A stretch of DNA of 64,000 nt from Macrostomum lignano (GCA_002269645.1 NIVC01000001.1:1674001-1738000); one strand, 5' to 3'. Counted from the stretch's first letter, positions 37,104 through 49,275 are shown. Notes: generated by a model not told the origin, from the letters alone. A program made the numbers and translations.

Positions 37104-40100
37104 CAGCGCTCTTTATTGAGTCGCCCATCGGCCATCCGCCGCTGCCGCGCCCTCCAGATGACGTCGGGCTCGACTCCTGCCAGTCCTGCGGCCGAGTCTC
37201 CGCCACCTGTGCTAATTAGTCGCCAAGGCCGGGCCGGCTTAATCCAGCTGAATCGACCGCGCGCACTGAACGCTCTCACCTTGCCAATGCTGACTGAGAC
37301 CCTGCAGGCGCTGCACCGTTGGCAGTCAGGCCGGTGCAGACCAGATGCTGTTGATCTCATTATCATTAAGGTGTGCGGTTGGCTTTCAATTTCAATTTGA
37401 TTTTTGAAGCATTGTAAAATGCGCAAACTTAACTTCTGAATATAATTACTTTCTATTCTAGATCGCAGGCAAACTAACTGAAATCAACCGTTACTCCTAT
37501 TATGCATATTGCAACCATTTAACTACTAACCCTTCAAGTCCTAACCGTTTAACTCCCAACCCTTCACCTACCAAGTCTTCAATTTGCAAACCTTCAAATC
37601 CCAACCCTTCAATTCACAACCCTTCAATTCACAACCCTACAAATTCCAACCCTTCAAATTCCAACCCTTCAAATTCCAACCCTTCAATTCACAACCCTAC
37701 AAATCCCAACCCTACAAATCCTAACCCTTCAAATCCCAACCCTACAAATCCCAACCCTTCTTTCACGACCCTTTAAATCCCAACCATTAATTTCACAACC
37801 CTTCAAATCCCAACCATTAATTTCACAACCCTTCAAATCCCAACCATTAATTTCACAACCCTTCAAATCCCAATCCTTCTAATCCCAACCATACAAATCC
37901 CAACCCTACAAATCCCAACCCCACAAATCCCAACCCTACAAATCCCAACCCTACGAATCCCAATCCTAAAAATCCCAACCCTTCATTTCACAACCCTTCA
38001 CTACCCAACCCTTCAAATCCCAACTCTACAAATCCCGACTTTTAATTTCACAACCCTTCACATCCCGACCCTTCAAATCCCAACCCTTCACATCCCGACC
38101 CTTCAAATCCCAACCCTTCACATCCCAACCCTTCAAATCCCAACTCTACAAATCCCGACCCTTCATTTCACAACCCTTCAGTACCCAGCCTTTTCGCTCC
38201 AAACCATTCAACTCTAAACCCTTCAAATCCCAACCCTTTGTCTCGTAAACCTTCAACTCCTAACCCTCCAAGTAAACGGTAAAGTAGGAAACAGCAAAGT
38301 AGTAGTCGTTTACTTTGTAAAGTAAACAGCCAATGCAAGTCCTCTCTCCACACTAAAAACTGCTCACAGGGTTGCACTCGCTCGGGTTCAACCCGCCGCC
38401 CCGTGTTCTGCGCCGGCGGCGACGTCCGAGCCGTGGCCGCGGCAGCTCGGCTCAGCCGCAGTCGCCGCCGTCAGCTCCACCTCGCTACTGCTGGCCTCGA
38501 CCAACAAGTTGACAACAACTGCGGCAGCAATCCTAGTGAGTTTTTCCGAGTGGAATTCCAGCTGAATCATGCCATCGGGTTGTCGGCGTTGAACTTGTCG
38601 CAGTTGCCGCCGGGTTGGTCGCCGTATCAACCGTTTGTAGCTCTGATGGATGGCATTGTGATGGGCGGCGGCGCCGGCGTGTCCGTGAGTGTCGTGAAGG
38701 TTGTTTTGCATGTCTAAACCACAGATACTAGAATAACAAATGGGCCACTCAGGCATGTACACTTGGCAAAACAGCTTTCTACTTTCAGTTCAGTAGCAAA
38801 TAAGAATACATAAGCTATTATATAAGAATATAAGGCAGCTGAAATGACTTTGATAAATTTAGAAGCCCAAGCTTGCAGACGTTAAAGCTTTGCTAATTGG
38901 TTCAGCAATAATGTACATTGGCCAGTCTACTGAAATGTACATGCCAGATTTAGGCTGGAACAACCGAGGAGGACAATAAAAATTGGGTGATGGGGAAAGT
39001 GTGGAGGTTCTGTTGGGAGTTGAAGGTTTACGCTTGTAGGTGGGGTAAGAGCCAGTAAATAAGCCTTGTTTTTATAAATACATTAAAATGCTTTAGTTTA
39101 ACTTGCTACTGAACTGAAAGTAGCTGGCACGCTAATGTGCTGAGTGGCCCATCTGGTTATTTTAGTACGGTATCTGTGGTCTGGACTGAGTTGCTGATTA
39201 AGGATACGGAATCTAGATACGTATTCGTGGCCTATTATAGTATATTAATAGCCTCAGCAGTGCCGAAATTGGTCACACAAGCTTCGGAGAAACAAGGGTT
39301 GCCAAAATATAAATCCAAAAGCTCTTACGAGCTAGTAGCCTTACAAAGACGTATAAAAATATCTTTGACTTCCACTGATGAAAGAAAGAAAAAAGATGTT
39401 TCAAAGCAGAAATATTCATTTAGTGTGTAACGCCCGAGACAGGCATCTGGTAATCGGGACTGCTCATTCGATTAACGAACCAGAATGGGCCGTATTAAAT
39501 TAGCTGTTATGGCTACTCGTACAATAGTAGTATGAGTGGTTTCACGAGTGAGGCTGTACAATATTATAGGGATCTGAAGCCTTAGTCTCAGGCCTCAGTC
39601 TCCGGTGAGGTGGGGGTCCCTTTAAAACTTGTTTATTTTGATTATTCATTCCTATTTATAACTTGATTAACATTGGCAGGTGAACGGCAGCCACCGCGTA
39701 GCAACCGAGCACACCCTATTCGCTATGCCCGAAGCCGCCATCGGCTTTTTTCCTGACGTTGGCGGCGGTCATTTTCTTGGCCGACTGCCCGGTGAGCTGG
39801 GCACCTTTCTGGCTCTGACCGGCCACCGATTAGCTGGCCGAGATGTCCGCGCCTGCGGCATTGCTATTGCTACGCATTTTGTCCGGTCGGACCTGCTGTC
39901 GGAGCTGGAGGACCGGCTCTGCCACGGCTGCTGGCCTTCAGGATCGGGTAGGTCTCTTGTTCATGATCGATTTGTAGGATTCTAATCCCTAAGATTGGAT
40001 CCTAATTCTTCCCGCAGGCCCAGATTCGCATTCCAGAGTTTCGGCCATCCTTGACGAGTTCGAATCTCGCAGCAGCGACAGCGGCTCAAGGTCGTCATCA

Positions 40101-40681
40101 AGTGCTCGGGACTCCGCCGCAGGCTGGTCCCTGTCGCCGCACCTGGCTGAAATCGACGCTCATTTTAGTCGCTGTAGCGTGTCGGAAATCTTGTCCAGCC
40201 TCGCAGCTGCCGCTCCATCGTCGCAGTTCGCCGCCAATCAGCTGTCAGCCATGCGGGCCGCGTCGCCGACCTCTCTGGCGGTCAGCCTGCGCCAGATTCG
40301 GCGTTGCCGGCGCTTAGGCGACAGTCTGGCTCGGGTGCTGCGGCTGGAGTACCGGCTAGCTGTTCGGCTGGTTGACGGCAATGAACAAGACGGCGAGGGC
40401 GACGGCGACTCTGGCGACTTTCTTGAAGGTGTTCGCGCCGCTCTGGATGACAAAGGCCGCGGCCAACCGCCTAAATGGCGCCCGGCCAGCGTGGCCGAGA
40501 TAACGGAAGCTCAACTGGAGAAATACTTTCGGCCGTTGCCGCCCGGACAGGAGTTGACGTTCGCTTTGCCTAGCGACGGCTTATGCGGCGGCGATGCATT
40601 GGAGATTGACGCTGATTGCGACATCGCTCCTGCAGAGCAGCAGCTGCTGGGCGATGGTCGTGGAGCTGATGGTGGCCGGTT

Positions 40682-40685
<4 letters not shown>
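37104..40685 (+). CDS. HIBCH: 3-hydroxyisobutyryl-CoA hydrolase, mitochondrial
   Basis: Exons about 37104-37370, 38370-38684, 39680-39947, 40018-40685 in compatible phase. Motifs [86 protein letters not shown]. First in-frame genomic ATG is at 37158; the 5' start is inferred. Confidence 0.93.
37505..38270. repeat. 15-bp C-rich minisatellite in HIBCH intron 1
   Basis: Unit aaatcccaaccct(t/a)c, roughly 50 degenerate copies. Confidence 0.9.
38720..39178. mobile_element. P-like MITE (element C) in HIBCH intron 2, related to element B
   Basis: Imperfect TIRs CACAGATAC..ATGGGCCACTCAG. Subterminal IR CTACTTTCAGTTCAGTAGCAA (compare CTACTTTCTGCTTAGTAG in B). Flanks GTCTAAAC / GTCTGGAC (6/8, eroded TSD). 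Confidence 0.75.
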
Positions 40686-40728
<43 letters not shown>

Positions 40729-40770
40729 TACAGACAGACAGACAGACAGATAGATAGATAGATAAACAGA
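40684..40770. repeat. (GACA)n/(GATA)n microsatellite starting at the HIBCH stop codon
   Basis: Read directly. Confidence 0.95.
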
Positions 40771-41249
40771 CAGGCACAGGTACTTAGAAGTCCTCTGTGT
40801 GTCTACATCAAGGTCTCGTGTGTACGAATATACCATTCCATTGTTTGAATCATATTCCATATTTTAATTGTCGGTGCTACAAAGTCGATAGCAACAAAAA
40901 TTAGGAGCCGATGATTTTTCTCTGTTTTACTATCTGCAGCGCAGATTATACCCTTGAGCTGCATTACTCTATTCGTCATCAATGATTTGCCTGTTTTGTT
41001 GCTTCCTGTGATGTGTTGTAATTTTGCTCTTTTGAGACAGTTTTAATAAATTACTTTTGTTTTGTAATAGTAACAATGTAACTATTATTGACATTATTGC
41101 ATTTTTGTGCTTTATATAGGGGGTTACTGTTTTCACAAATATTTGTTATAATTTATACATTTATATTTTTAATCTAATTTTAATTTATAATGGTTCCTAG
41201 TATGGACCAAAAATTCTTAGAATTGCCCCAAAGCTGCTCTTCCTCTAAG

Positions 41250-41530
41250 CCGCTCTTAGAATCACCCTTAAGCCGCTCTTAGAATCGCCCCTAAGCCTTT
41301 CCTAGAATCGCCCCTAAGCAGAATCGCCCCTAAGCCGTTCTTAGAATCGCCCCTAAGCCGTTCTTAGAATCGCCCCTAAGCCGTTCCTAGAATCGCCCCT
41401 AAGCCTTTCCTAGAATCGCCCCTAAGCCGTTCCTAGGATCGCCCCTAAGCCGTTCCTAGAATCGCCCCTGAGCCGTTCTTAGAATCGCCCCTGAGCCGTT
41501 CTTAGAATCGCCCTTAAGCCGCTCCTAGCC
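41250..41530. repeat. 23-bp minisatellite, about 12 copies, just upstream of MRPL22
   Basis: Unit tagaatcgcccctaagccgttc(t/c). Confidence 0.92.
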
Positions 41531-41577
41531 ATCTGTAGATCAGTCGGCCCCAACTCGCCACTACAGCCGCGTCCGCC

Positions 41578-44479
41578 ATGCTGCTCTGTTCGCTGCTCTC
41601 CCGTCTGTCGTTTTCCACCGCCGCTGGCCGCCGCAGCCTTTGCACAGCCTTCCGCTCCCATCGTTTCGAGACGCAGGCCCCGGCCGACAAGCAAACAGTC
41701 GACGACATCGACGTTGACGGCTACGATCTGAGCCTGTCCGGCGAAGTCAACGGCGACATGCCCACCGGGCGGATGCAGCAGCGAATTCTCACTGGCGAAC
41801 TGCTACATCACTCGCGCGACGGCGTCGCAAAAAAGTTGGGCGGCTCGGCTGGACCGACAGGCGACTACGAGGCGTCTTACCATGTCCGGCTGCCGCGGGT
41901 GCGCGAGTACGAGCTGCCCCGCACAGTGGCCAGCGATTTCCTGCGCTTCAACACCGTCGTTTATCCGCCACAAATCGGCGAGGACAGCGACGAGGAGCGT
42001 CGGCCTGCCGAGACCTGCGTAGAGGTTGGCAAGATTGCCATCGATCGCAAAGCGCTGCTTCTGTTTTGCATTGCTGTCCAGGTGAGTTTGCTTGGATTCT
42101 TCTTGCAATCTTTGCAATAATCCGAATCGATTTCTTATAAAGTGCATTTAAAAAACTTAATTAAGCGCCCCATAACCAGTGGTGGTTGAGGCAATTCTGC
42201 CCCTTTTCCGCAACTCCTTAGCACATACAAGCGCTCTCACAGGGGGTGTACAGCAGCCATTGGACTTTCTAATCGATTAGGCATGTACACTCCCTGGGCC
42301 AATAACGTTCCTGACATAGTGATGTCAGAAATCACACCGTCTCCTCCAAAATCATTTCGAATTCTTGAAGCAAATTAGAAACACTAGACTAGAAATGCTA
42401 TTGAATTCACTCTCTGGTTGAATTCCTAGATACGAGCGTATATGTATCTATTTCCTAGAAATGCCAGGAACTTCAACAAAAAATGCATTAAATTTTTATA
42501 AGCAATCATCGATTTCCTAGAAAAAAGACATTGAATTCCTAGAAACAACATTGAATTCTTAGAACAGCTTCCATTTCCTGGAAACAACGACTTACGGACG
42601 TTTCCCCTCCGGCGATTACCCTTGAGGACAGACCCTTCCGGCGCTTCCCCTCCGGCGTTTCCCCTTGAGGACAGACCCTTCCGGCACTTCCCCTCCGGCG
42701 ATTCCCATCGAAATGAAAATTGACATGAAAGTGGAAGTGGCTGTGTGGCTGTGAGTGGCTGCTGTGACAAACTGTAAAAATCATGACAAATTTATCATAA
42801 CTTATGACGTAACAAAGCATAATTGAACAAATTGCGAAGAAAAGTTCGTTCAGTTGTTTTGGTTCCACAGTTGGTTTAGGTGCCGTAAGAATAGGCAAAA
42901 CCGCACAGGTAGGTGAGCAGTGGATGATCCGAGTCCTCCACTGCCAACTCCAGCCAGGCGTGCCTTCCGCATCTTGCGCCGTGCGGTCGGCGCTGCACCA
43001 GCCTGCAGGCCGTTAATCAAACAGGAAGCGCCGGAGGAGAAGTGACGAATGTCCTCAAGGCGAATCGCCAGAGGGGAAGCACCGGAGGGGAAGTGCCGGA
43101 GGAGAAGTGACGAATGTCCTCAAGGCGAATCGCCGGAGGGGAAGCACCGGAGGAGAAGTGCCGGAGGGGAAGTGACGAAGGTCCTCAAGGCGAATCGCCG
43201 GAGGGGAAGCACCGGAGGGGAATTGCCGGAGGGGAAGTGACGAAGGTCCTCAAGGCGAATCGCCGGAGGGGAAGCACCGGAGGGGAATTGCCGGAGGGGA
43301 AGTGACGAAGGTCCTCAAGGCGAATCGCCGGAGGGGAAGCACCGGAGGGGAATTGCCGGAGGGGAAGTGACGAAGGTCCTCAAGGCGAATCGCCGGAGGG
43401 GAAGCACCGGAGGGGAATTGCCGGAGGGGAAGTGACGAAGGTCCTCAAGGCGAATCGCCGGAGGGGAAGCACCGGAGGGAAAACGCCGGAGGGGAAGCAC
43501 CGGAGGGAAAACGCCGGAGGGAAAACGCCGGAGGGGAAGCACCGGAGGGAAAACGCCGGAGGGAAAACGCCGGAGGGGAAGCACCGGAGGGAAAACGCCG
43601 GAGGGAAAACGCCGGAGGGGAAGCACCGGAGGGAAAACGCCGGAGGGAAAACGCCGGAGGGGAAGCACCGGAGGGAAAACGCCGGAGGGAAAACGCCGGA
43701 GGGGAAGCACCGGAGGGAAAACGCCGGAGGGAAAACGCCGGAGGGGAAGCACCGGAGGGAAAACGCCGGAGGGAAAACGCCGGAGGGGAAGCACCGGAGG
43801 GAAAACGCCGGAGGGAAAACGCCGGAGGGGAAGCACCGGAGGGAAAACGCCGGAGGGAAAACGCCGGAGGGGAAGCACCGGAGGGGAAGCACCGGAGGGA
43901 AAACGCCGGAGGGGAAGTGACGAAGGTCCTCAAGGCGAATCGCCAGAGGGGAAATGTCCGGTAGCCGGAAACATCAATTTCCTAGAAGCAGCATAGTTTT
44001 TTATACCCAGCGCTTATCCTAGAACTGCAGACTCTCATTGCCGGCACTCCTTGCAGGGCATGTCTGTGCAGCCGGCGCTGGACAAGCTCCGCCTGCTGTC
44101 CGAGCGGCCCGACGGCAAGCGAATCTGGCGCAAATTCGGCCACCTGGCGCCGCTGTGCCTGACGCAGGCCATCGAGGCCGGGGTTCGCCAGATGACCTAC
44201 GAAGAGTCTGTAGAATTCGAATCGGAAATGTGGATCGAATCGGCCCGGGTTAGTCGGGACGGCAGCTACACTGTGTTGCGCAAGAACGCCCGTTGGAATA
44301 TGCTGCACTACAAGCGGCCCTACAGCAAGCTGCAGGTTCGAATTCGCGAGGGCAAGCCGCCGAAGTACTATCATCCGCATACGCTGCCCAGCCAGATAAA
44401 TGGCTGGCTGCCCAATGCCGAGATTATGCAGAGCGAAATCGACCGGCTGCGAGCTGTGCGAATCTATCGGCAGATGTAA
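41578..44479 (+). CDS. MRPL22: Mitochondrial ribosomal protein uL22m, about 308 aa
   Basis: Exons 41578-42081 and 44057-44479 (phase 0). Presequence-like N-terminus. FLRFNTVVYPPQ..RRPAE, GMSVQPAL, VEFESEMWIES and VRIREGKPP match metazoan mRpL22. Confidence 0.85.
42590..43967. mobile_element. Foldback-like element with expanded subterminal repeats in the MRPL22 intron
   Basis: Inverted ends CGGAC(G/A)TTTCCCCTC(C/T)GGCGATT. The left arm has 2-3 inverted units. The right arm has a 65-bp unit (about 7 copies) followed by a 42-bp unit (3x14, about 11 copies). TSD not secure. Confidence 0.7.
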
Positions 44480-44699
44480 ACATTTAGCGACTGTGCCTGG
44501 CTTGTTTGAGCAAATATGTTTAAGTAAATACAAGTAAATAAATGCAAATCATTTCTTGTTGGCACATTGGCGCGGCACTTTGTTAAACTATCAGTGTTGC
44601 TTGCATTTTCTAAAATTAAAATCATCTTTCATTTAATGTCTTTTCTGGGCTTTTTCTTTTGGATTCGCACAAATTTTAGACCTTATAATTTGCAGTTTG

Positions 44700-47530
44700 C
44701 GGTCTCAATCCTCAGGGATCGTTCAGTGAGGTTGCATCCTCAATCCTCAGGGATCGTTCAGTGATTTTGCATCCTCAATCCTCAGGGATCGTTCAGTGAT
44801 TTTGCATCCTCAATCCTCAGGGATCGTTCAGTGATTTTGCATCCTCAATCCTCAGGGATCGTTCAGTGATTTTGCATCCTCAATCCTCAGGGATCGTTCA
44901 GTGATTTTGCATCCTCAATCCTCAGGGATCGTTCGGTGAGATTGCATCCTCAATCATCAGGGATCATTCGGTGAGTTTTCAGTTTCAATCCTCAGGGATC
45001 ATTCGGTGAGATTGCAGTTTCAATCCTCAGGGATCATTCAGTGAGTTTTGGTCTCAATCCTCAGGGATCATTCGGTGAGATTGCAGTTTCAATCCTCAGG
45101 GATCATTCGGTGAGATTGCATCCTCAATCCTCAGGGATCATTCGGTGAGATTGCAGTTTCAATCCTCAGGGATCATTCGGTGAGATTGCATCCTCAATCC
45201 TCAAGGATCATTCGGTGAGATTGCATCCTCAATCCTCAGGGATCATTCGGTGAGTTTTCAGTTTCAATCCTCAGGGATCATTCGGTGAGATTGCAGTTTC
45301 AATCCTCAGGGATCATTCAGTGAGTTTTGGTCTCAATCCTCAGGGATCATTCGGTGAGATTGCAGTTTCAATCCTCAGGGATCATTCGGTGAGATTGCAT
45401 CCTCAATCCTCAGGGAACATGCGGTGAGATTGCAGTTTCAATCCTCAGGGATCATTCAGTGAGCTTGCAGTTTCAATCCTCAGGGATCATTCAGTGAGCT
45501 TGCAGTTTCAATCCTCAGGGATCATTCAGTGAGATTGCGGTCTCAATCCTCAGGGATCATTCAGTGAGATTGCGGTCTCAATCCTCAGGGATCATTCAGT
45601 GAGATTGCGGTCTCAATCCTCAAGGATCATTCAGTGAGGTTGCAGTTTCAATCCTCGGGGATCATTCAGTGAGGTTGCATCCTCAATCCTCAGGAATCAT
45701 TCAGTGAGATTGCATCCTCAATCCTCAGGGATCATTCAGTGAGGTTGCAGTTTCAATCCTCAGGGATCATTCAGTGAGGTTGCAGTCTCAATCCTCAGGG
45801 ATCATTCAGTGAGGTTGCAGTCTCAATCCTCAGGGATCATTCAGTGAGGTTGCATCCTCAATCCTCAGGGATCATTCAGTGAGGTTGCAGTTTCAATCCT
45901 CGGGGATCATTCAGTGAGGTTGCAGTTTCAATCCTCGGGGATCATTCAGTGAGTTTGCAGTTTCAATCCTCGGGGATCATTCAGTGAGGTTGCAGTTTCA
46001 ATCCTCGGGGATCATTCAGTGAGGTTGCAGTTTCAATCCTCAGGGATCATTCAGTGAGGTTGCAGTTTCAATCCTCGGGGATCATTCAGTGAGGTTGCAG
46101 TTTCAATCCTCGGGGATCATTCAGTGAGGTTGCAGTTTCAATCAATAGGGATCATTCAGCGAGCTTGCATCCTCAATCCTCAGGAATCATTCAGTGAGGT
46201 TGCATCCTCAATCCTCAGGAATCATTCAGTGAGATTGCATCCTCAATCCTCAGGGATCATTCAGTGAGGTTGCAGTTTCAATCCTCAGGGATCATTCAGT
46301 GAGGTTGCAGTCTCAATCCTCAGGGATCATTCAGTGAGGTTGCAGTCTCAATCCTCAGGGATCATTCAGTGAGGTTGCATCCTCAATCCTCAGGGATCAT
46401 TCAGTGAGGTTGCAGTTTCAATCCTCAGGGATCATTCAGTGAGGTTGCAGTCTCAATCCTCAGGGATCATTCAGTGAGTTTTCAGTCTCAATCCTCAGGG
46501 ATCATTCAGTGAGGTTGCAGTCTCAATCCTCAGGGATCATTCAGTGAGTTTTCAGTCTCAATCCTCAGGGATCATTCAGTGAGATTGCGGTCTCAATCCT
46601 CAGGGATCATTCAGTGAGTTTTCAGTCTCAATCCTCAGGGATCATTCAGTGAGGTTGCAGTCTCAATCCTCAGGGATCATTCAGTGAGTTTTCAGTCTCA
46701 ATCCTCAGGGATCATTCAGTGAGTTTTCAGTCTCAATCCTCAGGGATCATTCAGTGAGATTGCATCCTCAATCCTCAGGGATCATTCAGTGAGCTTGCGG
46801 TCTCAATCCTCAGGGATCATTCAGTAAGTTTGCGGTCTCAATCCTCAGGAATCATTCAGTGAGCTTGCAGTTTCAATCCTCAGGGATCATTCAGTGAGGT
46901 TGCAGTTTCAATCCTCAGGGATCATTCAGTGAGCTTGCAGTTTCAATCCTCAGGGATCATTCAGTGAGCTTGCAGTTTCAATCCTCAGGGATCATTCAGT
47001 GAGCTTGCAGTTTCAATCCTCAGGGATCATTCAGTGAGATTGCGGTCTCAATCCTCAGGGATCATTCAGTGAGATTGCGGTCTCAATCCTCAGGGATCAT
47101 TCAGTGAGATTGCGGTCTCAATCCTCAAGGATCATTCAGTGAGATTGCGGTCTCAATCCTCAGGGATCATTCAGTGAGATTGCGGTCTCAATCCTCAGGG
47201 ATCATTCAGTGAGCTTGCAGTTTCAATCCTCAGGAATCATTCAGTGAGTTTTTCGGTCTCAATCCTCAGGAATCATTCAGTGAGTTTTCGGTCTCAATCC
47301 TCAGGAATCATTCAGTGAGTTTTCGGTCTCAATCCTCAGGGATCATTCAGTGAGATTGCGGTCTCAATCCTCAGGGATCATTCAGTGAGATTGCGGTCTC
47401 AATCCTCAGGGATCATTCAGTGAGATTGCGGTCTCAATCCTCAGGAAAATTCAGTGAGTTTTCAGTCTCAATCCTCAGGGATCATTCAGTGAGATTGCGG
47501 TCTCAATCCTCAAGGATCATTCGGTGAATT
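44700..47530. repeat. 35-bp satellite, about 80 copies
   Basis: Unit caatcctcagggatcattcagtgaggttgcagttt, with locally homogenised variant blocks. Confidence 0.97.
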
Positions 47531-48026
47531 TTTCAGCCATTCTTATATCCATGGTCGGACTACTCACACGCACGACTGCACTCTGTTACACTTCAGCAGA
47601 AATTTCTGCTTTTAAGCGTTGAGGCCATTGAGCGTAACAAAATTGCGAACAGAACTTTAAGTATTCTTTCTTTCACAGTTATTGAAATTCAAAACCCCCA
47701 CAGTTCTTGAAGTGGAAACTTGAGCCGGCAATGCAGGGGTTGGGTTCTCAGAGAGTGACTCAGCTGGGGAAACCGCTGAGTGGGGGGCTCTGCCGTCCTC
47801 TGTAAAGCGGCGCAACGATCGCGACAGAGCGTTTGCATGCGCCAGTTGGCGTTACGTTGCGTACTGACATGCTGTTTACACTACCCCCACCGCCCTACTC
47901 TGGAACAGGATTTTGATCCAAGGATCTTTAGAATTTTGCATTTTTGCCATTTGGTGTGGAAGCCAAATCGCATGAAACTTCATAGCTCGACAACAACAAC
48001 GCAACGCAGGCAGTTACATACCGACG

Positions 48027-48397
48027 GGTTCGAGCCAAGGACCACTGTTACTGTAGTATAACAGGACGGTAAACTCAATGATAATGTGATTTTTAGGCCA
48101 ATTTCCCTGGAAAAAATACACCACGGAAATAAAAATAATCGTTGTCTCATCACAAAATTAATGATTCGATTTGATCTGAGGCAGTAAAGATTACCATTCT
48201 TTTAATTTCGCATGCACAACATTTTACTCTGTTGTAGCTGTGCTGTTATATAGCTGTGTAGTGAAAGTTTTATTTCCAATGATGTTTCCTATCTCCTCTG
48301 TGTATTTTTCTAGGAAATTGACCTCCAAAAATTATACCATCTTTGAGTTTTTACGAGCTACGTCCTGTTATACTACTTGGTCCTTGGTTCGAGCCTG
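48027..48397. mobile_element. Degenerate inverted-repeat pair, possible old MITE
   Basis: GGTTCGAGCCAAGGACCA..GTAGTATAACAGGACG near 48027-48068 versus its reverse complement near 48360-48397. Confidence 0.5.
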
Positions 48398-49275
48398 GGC
48401 CGCAAATAGAATTCGGCTAGGTCATAACTAAAACTCGAATATGTGAAATTTGGATCGGAGCTTGTGAAAGCGAGCCACGATACCTCAGGTTGTTTTAACC
48501 GATGCTTAATATCCGTGCTGTCATAATGAAACCAATTCAGAGTGGGCATATTTGTCGAAACTCTAATCCGAATGCTAGCTTCTGGAAGTCCTTGGCCGGT
48601 TCCGCATGCTTGCACACAGAGCCATTGCAGGACCCGAGCTTCTGGAGCACCCACCTGTCCTGCCCCCCCCCCTATACGCAGCTATGCGCAATGGATTTAG
48701 TGAGTAAAAACAGTGACGCAGCATTGGAAACTCTCCCTCTCTCTCAGCTATGCAATGGCTAGCTAGTTTGAAAAATTAAAGTTAGAAACAACTGTCCGTT
48801 CCCCGAACCGCTCCTACTCCCCTCTCTCAACTTGCGAACTGTGATCTCCGCGCCTGAAACCATACCCCGCGGCTGAAGTATCAGCCCTGCCGCAATGCAT
48901 TTCTCCCCGACTCTGTTATGCATGCAGCGCCGCGATCTTTTTTAACTGCGCTCAGCTGAGGAGAATTTCCACGTTGTATAATCGACCCGGATGCGAAAAA
49001 ACAGCCCACCCCCCGCACCTACACCCGGCCGGCTTCTTTCTCCCCTTCCTTCTCCTCCAACAGCAGTTGTGAGCTATTGTTCTCCCCTCCAGGGCTGTTT
49101 TACTATACGCGGTCGTATTCAAAAACTTCGGTCGAGAGTCGCGTATTTAGTGACACGTCATCTTAATCGTATACCCTCCGATAGTATAAGAGGACGTTTG
49201 AAGCTTGCATTTAGAGGACCCAACGTTATCCCGTTAAAAAAGTTTGTATTTTCATAATTCCTAAGTCAACAAATC

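Noticed and set aside
39426-39560. Solo LTR in HIBCH intron 2 (TGTAAC..TGTACA)
   Set aside because: Only about 135 bp and no matching TSD.
44700-47530. CRISPR array (35-bp periodicity)
   Set aside because: Head-to-tail tandem units with only point variants and no unique spacers.
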